Positions 8,717 to 15,921 are shown, counted from the stretch's first letter. The stretch is DNA of 20,000 nt from an uncultured virus (IMG/VR IMGVR_UViG_2882234885_000002) (IMGVR_UViG_2882234885_000002); one strand, 5' to 3'. Notes: a model not told the origin generated them from the sequence alone. Numbers and translations: made by a program.

Positions 8717-9640
8717 TTAAATCCGTTTCGAGGAACGGGTGGTCAGTGCCTCCAAGGTATCCAACACGGTGCGACCATAAACCACCCGTCCCGCCTGTCC
8801 ACGGTTCTGAAGTACTGCATCATCGCAGGCCAGCTCCAAATCATACTCCACCCGACGTACCATCCACCACATAAGGGGGTTGAACCAGTGGACGGCGTTG
8901 GCCAGCAGGGCCAGGGCTTTCCGCCACACGTCCCGGCGTCGGTAGTGAGTCAATTCATGATCTAAAGTCAGCTCCAATGCCTCTCCTTGCGGTCCCTCTT
9001 GGGGAAGGAGAAGCAGGGGGCGGAGCAGACCACACAGCATGGGGGAAGTCAGACCGGGACAACGCATCAGTGCGGGGCGGCGATGTAGCCGCAGTCGGTT
9101 CCCTGCAGTGTTGAAGGCCAGTACTGTCTCCGGATCCGTTACAGGAACGGCCCAGCGCCTGAGCCAGCGGCAAAAACGCAGATGGGCTACCGAGTGACGT
9201 ACCAGAAGGACGGCGATCCCTGTCAACCAAAGTCCCAACAATAGGGTAGGAATTGGAAAAAATGTTCCAACTGGCTCAGATTCTTGTACAGAGGATTGGG
9301 AAGGAACTCTGTCCGTCGGGTGAGAGGTACCGCCATCTGCCTGTCCGCCGTTGACTTGGAGGTCAGGCCGTCTCTCTCCGGTTTCCAAAGGTGGCCGGTC
9401 TGGCACAGTATGACCAGAGGGAATTTGCAGGTATATCAGAGCGGAAGGTGTTTGTACGGGGATTGGAAGAGAGAATACGGGGATGGGCAGAACCATCAGA
9501 AGGCACAAAATACCCCAGGCCCGGCAGCGCCAGCGGGCAGCGTACCGTTTCCGGCTCATTCGCCCGGCCAAAGTCAGCAACAGCACAGCCACCCCGCCCC
9601 CCAGGGACAGAGTACCTAAGCGGGTGAGAAAGTCAGTCAT
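8717..9640 (-). CDS. BlaR1/MecR1-type M56 zinc metalloprotease, protease module only
   Basis: N-terminal TM helices, SPML, HELTHYRRRD (HExxH), HWFNPLMW, ELACD, YGRTVL. Ends at 307 aa with no final TM or sensor domain. Overlaps the blaI stop. Confidence 0.92.
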   Translation of the reverse strand: MTDFLTRLGTLSLGGGVAVLLLTLAGRMSRKRYAARWRCRAWGILCLLMVLPIPVFSLPIPVQTPSALIYLQIPSGHTVPDRPPLETGERRPDLQVNGGQADGGTSHPTDRVPSQSSVQESEPVGTFFPIPTLLLGLWLTGIAVLLVRHSVAHLRFCRWLRRWAVPVTDPETVLAFNTAGNRLRLHRRPALMRCPGLTSPMLCGLLRPLLLLPQEGPQGEALELTLDHELTHYRRRDVWRKALALLANAVHWFNPLMWWMVRRVEYDLELACDDAVLQNRGQAGRVVYGRTVLDTLEALTTRSSKRI

Positions 9641-10007
9641 CCTTCTTTCCTCCCTCTAACTGCTCCAGAAGGGTGCGCAGTTCATCCAGTTCCTGCCGAT
9701 CCAGACCATCCCTGGCCAGCGCGGCTACAAAGTTCCGAGGTGTGCCATACAGTCGCTTCAGCACTGTCCGGCTATCAAAGGATAGATATTCCTCCCGGGA
9801 GACCAGCGGCGTGTATAAGTTGCTTTTTCCATCCCGTTGGACGGTTACAAAGCCCTTCTCCACTAGCCGGGTTAGATAAGTGTTGATGGTATTACGGGAC
9901 CACTGAAAGGAAAGCAGTGCGTGATCCAGGGCCGAACGGGGAATATCTCGGCCGAGAGACCAGAGGGCCTTCATTACTTCCAGTTCTGTGTCAGGCAGTC
10001 GTTTCAT
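9633..10007 (-). CDS. blaI: BlaI/MecI/CopY-family transcriptional repressor
   Basis: LPDTELEVMKALW, WSRNTINTYLTRLVEKGFV, YTPLVSREEY; RBS AAAGGAG. Confidence 0.93.
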   Translation of the reverse strand: MKRLPDTELEVMKALWSLGRDIPRSALDHALLSFQWSRNTINTYLTRLVEKGFVTVQRDGKSNLYTPLVSREEYLSFDSRTVLKRLYGTPRNFVAALARDGLDRQELDELRTLLEQLEGGKKDD

Positions 10008-10025
10008 ATCGTTCTCCTTTGATTT

Positions 10026-10078
10026 ACTTCAAATGTAGTCATCTGATTTATACTACACCATAAGGTAATTGCAGTCAA
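10026..10078 (-). promoter_or_regulatory. Sigma-A promoter and BlaI/MecI-type operator of the blaI operon
   Basis: Minus strand TTGACT(10078-10073)-17bp-TAGTAT(10055-10050). ACTACATTTGAAGT (10039-10026) is one mismatch from the MecI-type dyad ACTACA-NN-TGTAGT. Confidence 0.75.
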
Positions 10079-10532
10079 GTTACAGTGCAGTAACAACCAT
10101 CTTTTCAAGCATTCAGCTAAAATAATATTTCCTATGCGTCATCCGGTGGGAGAGTACAGTAGTACGGGTAGCGTTTGATGTACAATCAAGCACATATACT
10201 GGAGTACAGTAGCCACACAACTGGTTTCGTAGAAAGGGGTCCATAATGTCACTGTAGATATAATGGAATAGTTTTCCCTCTTTTGTACTTGCGTTTCTTG
10301 TGGATTAGTAATATAGTAATAAAGAAAATATTTGCTCTCTGTATGGCAACACCATGGCAACAAAAAATCAGATAGCCTCTACTATCTGAATAATGAAAAG
10401 AATGGTAATAATCTGAGCCAAATCCCATAAGCAAATTTGTTTAAAAAACTTCTGGCAGGAGCGAGTGGGAATGAAGCACAAACCTCAAGAAAGCCTTATT
10501 TTAAGCCATTTTCAGAGGTTGTGCCGGTGGGC

Positions 10533-10551
10533 TGATACTATTTTGATACTA
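10533..10551 (+). repeat. TGATACTATTTTGATACTA copy 1 (integrase arm-site-like tandem repeat)
   Basis: Two TGATACTA units; an identical 19-mer occurs at 12495-12513. Confidence 0.6.
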
Positions 10552-10729
10552 TAAAGCAGCCACTTATCATTACAGAGAGACATGAAAATGCCTTCTGGGA
10601 AACGGCAAGTTTTCCAGAGGGCTATTTTATTGCAAATTTTATATGTAAGAATTATTAGAATAGAAAATTTTTACTTCTTCAACAAAACTTTGCATGAGCA
10701 AAAAAGCTTCTTTAGCTTCTTTAAGTTTA

Positions 10730-11409
10730 GGCAAAAGTGAAGAAGGGGAACTTGCAAAGGAAATCTTGATTGAATTTATGAAAGATTTTCAGAAACGGAA
10801 TCCATACTGGAAGAAAAATGTGCAGAGTTTCGGGGCGAATTAGGGCAGATACAGGGGCAAATAACCCTTGCTGGAGCTGAGATGGAGCAATTACAGGAAG
10901 ATACCAAAGAAGCCAGAGAGGAAGCTCTAAAAGCGGAAAAACAGGCAGATAAGCAACAAAAACGGCTCAAGGAACTTGCCCCGGCTGTGAAGAACATAGA
11001 GCGGTTGGCAGCGGATTTCTCCGCCGACCCGGAGGAGATTTTGCCGGAGCCGGGAACACTGGAAACAGGCAGGGCCTACCGGGAGAAAAAGGCCAAGCCC
11101 CTGCTGGCTCAAATCGTCAAGGTGCTGCGCTCCCTGTATCTGGCCTATGTGGAGCTGCGGGGGAAATTTGAGCGCCTGCAAGGGGACTATGGCCGGGTGA
11201 GGGAGAGCAACGCTCGCCTGTCTGATCGCTTGCAGGAGGCCAAGCTGGAGAACAAGGCCCTGCGGCAAGTGTCCGCAGACTACGAGCGAGTCAAGCGGGT
11301 CTTTGGCCCGGAACAGGTGAAGGCGGCAGTACAGGCCGACAAACAGCGGGAACAGGTAGAGAAAGGCCGCAAGCGGCCCCGGCGCACCCTTGACCGGGGA
11401 GGGCGGTAA
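10730..11409 (+). pseudogene. Remnant of a Mob/Pre (MOB_V) relaxase: short internal fragment joined out of frame to the coiled-coil C-terminus
   Basis: 10733-10807 reads KSEEGELAKEILIEFMKDFQKRNPY, the segment that precedes the HUH motif in Mob_Pre proteins. A different frame from 10807 reads LEEKCAEF...LPEPGTLETGRAYREKKAKPL...DYERVKRVFG. No N-terminus or HUH motif. Confidence 0.7.
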
Positions 11410-11426
11410 ACGGGAACTTTTTTGAC

Positions 11427-11456
11427 GGGCAGGGGCGGAAAATCCCGCCCCTGCCC
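11427..11456. terminator. GC-rich hairpin, probable terminator between convergent genes
   Basis: gggcaggggcgg-aaaatc-ccgcccctgccc, perfect 12-bp stem. Confidence 0.55.
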
Positions 11457-11605
11457 TTGCCTTTTGGGGCGGCAGTCGGTATAATGGTTTGTATAAATTT
11501 CTGCGCCGTTTTGGTGCAACAGGGAACTTGTGTTGTGTGATTGAGTCCCTTTAGGTCGCATTGAAAAAATATAAACTTAGGTGCCTCTGTTAGATAATAA
11601 ATGCT

Positions 11606-11953
11606 TTATTCATTATTGCACTCTATTCGTTTATAAATGGAACCATCCCATGCGGCATACACTGCTATATACTCATAATCTGGATATTCACTAATCATAT
11701 ATAGCTTCTTTGCATTGTCAGTTTTACATATTAAAACATCAGAAATCGTGTAATTCTCACCGCTTGCTACTGAAACATAACCATATTTATCTCCGTTTAA
11801 GATAATATAGTCTCCTTGCTCTGTAGCGGTATTTTTATGTCCGAGATTATGTGTGTAATGCAGATGGCCAATATATACAACTACGGCCACAATTAAAAAA
11901 GCTAACACATATCTCCATTGTCTCATATTAAATTTACTTTGTACTCTTTTCAT
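11606..11953 (-). CDS. Hypothetical protein with a single N-terminal TM/signal anchor
   Basis: 115-aa low-GC ORF, hydrophobic YVLAFLIVAVVVYI, purine-rich upstream RBS (GAGGAG/AGAGAAG). Confidence 0.65.
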   Translation of the reverse strand: MKRVQSKFNMRQWRYVLAFLIVAVVVYIGHLHYTHNLGHKNTATEQGDYIILNGDKYGYVSVASGENYTISDVLICKTDNAKKLYMISEYPDYEYIAVYAAWDGSIYKRIECNNE

Positions 11954-12132
11954 CTTCTCTTACTCCTCATGAATTGTTCTCATAATACCATAATTCCGAG
12001 AACATGAAAAGAGATGATTTTGCAGACTGAAATTAGACTTATTTGGTATTATTAAATTGCCGCGATCTCAGTTTGACAAACACATAAATTCTTTAATAAC
12101 AAGGGTGAGTGGGAGAATTGATAGCGGCGAGG

Positions 12133-12287
12133 GTAGCAACCCCAGCCGGGGCCGTCAATGGTCAAGATGAACGGCGCACAAGTGCGCCGCCATTGACCGC
12201 CTCGCCCGGTCTTGCTGAACGGTAATCAAGGCGGGCAAGCCCCAATGGTGCTTGCCCGCCCCCTTTGGATTTTGGGAGGGTGCGGTT
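12133..12287 (+). repeat. Structured ~150-bp dispersed repeat, copy 1
   Basis: gtagcaa...gtcaatgg...cggcgca..tgcgccgccattgac...cccggtcttgct..cggt.atcaaggcgg.caagcccca..ggtgcttgcccg...gattttggg...gtgcgg, shared with 13677-13821. Confidence 0.8.
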
Positions 12288-12494
12288 GTCGAAATGCGTC
12301 CCACCGTGCGATTGATTTCCCGGCGGACACCGCCCGCCGCTCCTCCTCTCCCCAGGGAGCGTAAACGCTCCCTGGGGGTGGTCGAAATATGGCTCAAATT
12401 GAGCCATATTTCGACGGAAACTCCCATCAATTTGAGGGGAGTTTTGATAAAGGCCCGTTTGCGGCCCGAAACCCTTGCAATTTCAAGGTTTTTG

Positions 12495-12513
12495 TGATAC
12501 TATTTTGATACTA
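12495..12513 (+). repeat. TGATACTATTTTGATACTA copy 2 (integrase arm-site-like tandem repeat)
   Basis: Identical to 10533-10551; preceded by the dyad aaacccttg-caattt-caaggtttt. Confidence 0.6.
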
Positions 12514-12633
12514 AAAATGCGAACTGCCCCAAATAAGCAAGCGAAACATTAACATATTTGCGAAAGCTTTTCCTGCAAAACCACCTCAAATACACCCCCA
12601 TATATTTGAATTTGCCGAGTGGGATTTTTTGTG

Positions 12634-13584
12634 ATGCCTAATAGACGCTCGATTATTATTGATGGACAGAAAATTACTTTAGACGCAACGGAACTGCCAA
12701 TGGGCCTTCAAATCATGAAAGATTTGACACCAATCGCAGTTTTGAAATGCTTAAAAAAACTGGAACTGCCCTGCAACTTAATCTCCGATTTAACACCGCT
12801 GGCAGAATTAAAACAACTATCTAATCTTGACCTTGCGATGAACCGAATTACAGATTTGACGCCGCTTTCAAATCTGACGCAACTAAAAAAACTACTTCTA
12901 AGTAAAAATCAAATCATAGACCTGACGCCGCTGTCCAACTTAACACAACTAAAGGTCTTGTGTTTAGGAGAAAATCAATGTGTTGACTTGTCACCATTAA
13001 AAGATTTGAAATTGCTGGCGTTTCTGGATTTGAGTTATAATCCAATTACGGACATATCACCTTTAGCGGCTCTCTCTCGAATCGTGAACTTACGACTATC
13101 AAACATCCAGATTACAGATATTTCTTTTCTTGCAAATATGAAACAATTGCGCAGCTTATACCTTAGCGGATGTCAAATTGTCACTCTATCACCCTTGGCT
13201 GGCCTAACACGGTTAGAGTGGCTGGACTTGAGTGATAACTGTATTTCAAATTTGGCACCCTTGGCAGGATTACTGCGATTAAGTACACTGTATCTGAACC
13301 ACAACCAAATCACAGACCTATCGTCCTTGACAGGTTTGCCAAAATTGTTTGAACTGCATCTGGAACACAATGGAGTCACAGATTTGACGCCGTTGACCAG
13401 TTTGACTTGGCTACACAGGTTGTATCTAGAGGGCAATCCTGTCAGCGACCTAACGCCATTGATTAATATGCCAATGCTGAGGGAACTAATTATACTAGAT
13501 TGCCCAATTCAAAAACGCAGCCTTGCGGCTTTCCGAAAGGCGCGGCCGGATTGCTATATTGAAATAAGACATAAACGCAAATAG
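12634..13584 (+). CDS. Internalin-type leucine-rich repeat protein (about 12 x 22-aa LRR), no signal peptide
   Basis: Repeats such as LTPLSNLTQLKKLLLSKNQIID; C-terminal cap FRKARPDCYI. Start uncertain (12619 GTG or 12634 ATG). Confidence 0.88.
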   Translation: MPNRRSIIIDGQKITLDATELPMGLQIMKDLTPIAVLKCLKKLELPCNLISDLTPLAELKQLSNLDLAMNRITDLTPLSNLTQLKKLLLSKNQIIDLTPLSNLTQLKVLCLGENQCVDLSPLKDLKLLAFLDLSYNPITDISPLAALSRIVNLRLSNIQITDISFLANMKQLRSLYLSGCQIVTLSPLAGLTRLEWLDLSDNCISNLAPLAGLLRLSTLYLNHNQITDLSSLTGLPKLFELHLEHNGVTDLTPLTSLTWLHRLYLEGNPVSDLTPLINMPMLRELIILDCPIQKRSLAAFRKARPDCYIEIRHKRK

Positions 13585-13676
13585 CAGTGGGGCCATTATA
13601 TTTCCCTTATATCGAGTTAATTTAACTGCGCCTTCTTGGTATAATGCGTACTTGCCAACTTCAATCAGTTGGAAAG

Positions 13677-13821
13677 GTAGCAAACCCGGGCGGGGCAGTC
13701 AATGGCGGCGCATTTCATGCGCCGCCATTGACTGCCCCGCCCGGTCTTGCTCGACGGTCATCAAGGCGGACAAGCCCCAGGGGTGCTTGCCCGACTCCTT
13801 TGATTTTGGGTGGGGTGCGGT
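13677..13821 (+). repeat. Structured dispersed repeat, copy 2 (35-bp stem hairpin plus a second hairpin)
   Basis: 13679-13751 has 35-nt arms with 2 mismatches and a ttc loop; homologous to 12133-12287. Confidence 0.8.
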
Positions 13822-13898
13822 GGTTATGGTTTGAGGACTTGATTGAAGAGCGTGTTCTTGACTTAGGATATTTTTATTCATGAAATAAGGAGTTTGGA

Positions 13899-14720
13899 AT
13901 GAAAATAAAAAGTCTCAGAATTAAAAATTCTCGTGGATATTGTGGCGAAATATCAGTAAATTTTGGTGAATTCACTGCATTTGTTGGAAAAAAACGATAT
14001 TGGAAAGTCTAGTATTATGGATGCCTTAGATATATTTTTTAATGACGGAAAAGGTGTTGTAAAACTGGACAGAGAGGACGTAAACGTTGGCGCACAAGCA
14101 AATCAGGAGAATGAAATAAATATCGCAGTTTGCTTTTCGGAACTCCCAGATAGGATTGTTATTGACGCAACAAATGAAACTACACTTTTAGGCGAACATC
14201 TCTTAAATGCGGATGGTCTACTTGAAATTATAAAAAAATACCCAAATGGCGGAAGCGCAAGGTATTTATCAGAGCCTTTCATCTAACAAATCCAGATTGT
14301 GCCGACTTACTCTTAAAAAAAAGATAATGAATTACGCCGGATAATAGATACAAAGCAAATCCCCTGTGCTGATAAAACGAGAAACGCTGTGATGCGATCC
14401 GCTATATGGCAATATTATAATGAAGGCTTAAAAATGTCAGTCATCGATATTGACGTTACAAAGGAAAATACCAAATCCATTTGGGAAAAATTGCAAAAAT
14501 ATTTACCGCTATACTCTTTGTTCCAATCAGATAGAAAGAATAGTGATGGCGATAGTGTGAAGTACAAGACCTTCTCAAGGAAGCTGTGAAAGAAATACTT
14601 CCAGATGAAGAATTGCAGCGGATATTAGATGGTGTAGCTACAACTGTTGAAGGGAAATTGAAAGAAGTTTCCACTCGTACATTGGAAAAACTTAAGGAAA
14701 TAAGTCCTGATATTGCCAAT
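13899..14720 (+). pseudogene. OLD/AAA_15-type ABC ATPase (defence-associated nuclease family), multiply frameshifted and 3'-truncated
   Basis: RBS AAGGAG. MKIKSLRIKNSRGY...TAFVG / KNDIGKSSIMDALDIFF is a Walker A broken at an A7 run (~13990). Further shifts near 14260, 14320 and 14556. Ends abruptly at ...EISPDIAN. Confidence 0.8.
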
Positions 14721-14721
14721 G

Positions 14722-14880
14722 CTGGCGGACCCGGACGCCTACGGCGCGGAGCGTGTGGCCCTCTACAACGTGAGCTTCGACGACCTGACCCTGGCCGACT
14801 GGGAGGCCAAGAGCGTGGGCAAGGTGGAGGCCCCCTTCACCTTCACCGACTTCGAGTATCTGGACATGGTAACGGTCTGA
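14722..14880 (+). pseudogene. C-terminal fragment of an XkdM-like phage tail tube protein
   Basis: LADPDAYGAERVALYNVSFDDLTLADWEAKSVGKVEAPFTFTDFEYLDMVTV*; the 5' part is missing. Confidence 0.85.
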
Positions 14881-14914
14881 GGGAAATGAAAAAGCCGCCC
14901 CAAAAGGGCGGCGA

Positions 14915-14943
14915 TTGACAAAACGCGGCGCGGCAGGTAAAAT
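14915..14943 (+). promoter_or_regulatory. Consensus sigma-A promoter for the small toxin-like ORF
   Basis: TTGACA(14915-14920)-17bp-TAAAAT(14938-14943), just after the hairpin gccgccc-caaaa-gggcggc. Confidence 0.8.
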
Positions 14944-15005
14944 GATGGCGGCGCTGTTGTAACATGGCGGTCAGCCACTTCCCTGAGAAGGGAGGTGATG
15001 CGATT

Positions 15006-15089
15006 GTGGGGCACCGAGGAAAGCAGTTTCTGAGGGTTTGCGTGTGTTTGGCTGTTTTGGCCTACATACTCTCCATAAAAGCGTGTTAA
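15006..15089 (+). CDS. 27-aa hydrophobic peptide, putative type I toxin
   Basis: GTG start, MGHRGKQFLRVCVCLAVLAYILSIKAC*. SD GGAGG (14991-14995) lies inside the hairpin acttccct-gaga-agggaggt. Confidence 0.7.
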   Translation: MGHRGKQFLRVCVCLAVLAYILSIKAC

Positions 15090-15206
15090 CCGCCCGGCGG
15101 CCACCGAGCGGTTAACGGGTTTTACCTGTTAAGCGGTTTTTGGGGCTGACCGTCGTACAACAGCGCCCTTCTACCGTCATTATACCAAACGCCTCCGTTT
15201 TGTCAA
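15085..15206 (-). ncRNA. Putative antisense antitoxin RNA with its promoter (3' end uncertain)
   Basis: Minus-strand TTGACA(15206-15201)-16bp-TATAAT(15184-15179), convergent with the peptide transcript; no credible ORF. Confidence 0.55.
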
Positions 15207-15255
15207 GCATGACAGGACGGGGGCGCTTTTTTGCGCCCCGGAAAGGAAACCGGAT

Positions 15256-15633
15256 ATGAGTAAACTGTTGGATATTTTGCTGCGGCCAGAGCTGCCCAAT
15301 GTGGCAAAGGAGCTGCCTGAGTGCAAAGTAAAGGTCAAGCGCCTGTCCCGGCTGGCGGGGGAGGACGTGGTGTTCACCCTCCGGGCCCTGCCCTACGGGC
15401 GGGTGCAGGAGATCAAGGAGCTCAAGGAGGACGCCGCGCTGTCCATCCTGCTCTCCGGGCTCGTGGACCCGGACCCCAAGGCGTCCGAGCTGAAGGAGCG
15501 GTATGGAGGAGCCACCCCGGCGGAGACGCTGAAGGCCCTGCTGCTGCCCGGTGAGATCGAGGATCTGTCCCGGGAGGTGGAGCGCCTGTCCGGCTACCGG
15601 GGGGAGACCATCCAGAAGCTAAAAAACGTCTGA
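15256..15633 (+). CDS. XkdN-like phage tail assembly chaperone (G protein)
   Basis: RBS AAAGGA, ...LLLPGEIEDLSREVERLSGY...IQKLKNV; lies between tail tube and tape measure. Confidence 0.85.
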   Translation: MSKLLDILLRPELPNVAKELPECKVKVKRLSRLAGEDVVFTLRALPYGRVQEIKELKEDAALSILLSGLVDPDPKASELKERYGGATPAETLKALLLPGEIEDLSREVERLSGYRGETIQKLKNV

Positions 15634-15791
15634 GGGACGGCGGCGACCCGGATCTGGAGCTGATGTTCTATCTGTTCCGGGAGGGGAAGCCCTTCGACCC
15701 GGCGGCGGTGTACCGCCTGACCGCCGGGGAGAAGGACCTCCTCTGGGCGCTGGCGTCCTACGAGAGCGAGATAAGGCAAAAAAGGACATGA
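15621..15791 (+). CDS. -1 frameshift extension (T part) of the tail assembly chaperone
   Basis: Slippery A-AAA-AAC at 15621-15627. The -1 frame stays open to TGA at 15789-15791: RLRDGGDPDLELMFYLFREG...YRLTAGEKDLLWALASYESE. Confidence 0.75.
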   Translation, partial: KKRLRDGGDPDLELMFYLFREGKPFDPAAVYRLTAGEKDLLWALASYESEIRQKRT

Positions 15792-15822
15792 AAAAGCCCC
15801 GCCGTGCGGGCGGGGCGCTGGG

Positions 15823-15921
15823 TCACAAAATGGAGATGAGCATCGGAAGGCCTAGGAGAGTGAGAATAATCATCGTGACGATCAACACGATCTTAAAGCT
15901 TTTTTCGGATTCGTCGTCCAT
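15823..15921 (-). CDS. 32-aa single-TM membrane peptide (moron)
   Basis: MDDESEKSFKIVLIVTMIILTLLGLPMLISIL*; RBS AAGGAGA; own promoter TTGACT(15972-15967)-16bp-TATAAT(15950-15945); downstream hairpin gccccgcc-gtgcg-ggcggggc preceded by an A-run. Confidence 0.7.
   Translation of the reverse strand: MDDESEKSFKIVLIVTMIILTLLGLPMLISIL

Noticed and set aside
8717..10007. Beta-lactam resistance locus
   Set aside because: No beta-lactamase, PBP2a or SxxK sensor domain; only the regulator families are shared.
10120..10440. Short minus-strand ORFs (74 and 61 aa) upstream of blaI
   Set aside because: No RBS or recognisable motif; possibly decayed coding sequence but unsupported.
12155..12497. ORFs overlapping the palindrome cluster (also 13644-13883)
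   Set aside because: They arise from GC-rich repeat sequence, occur on both strands and lack an RBS or protein-like features.
14586..14918. 110-aa ORF as a real gene
   Set aside because: Chimera of the ATPase remnant and out-of-frame tail-tube sequence across the deletion junction.
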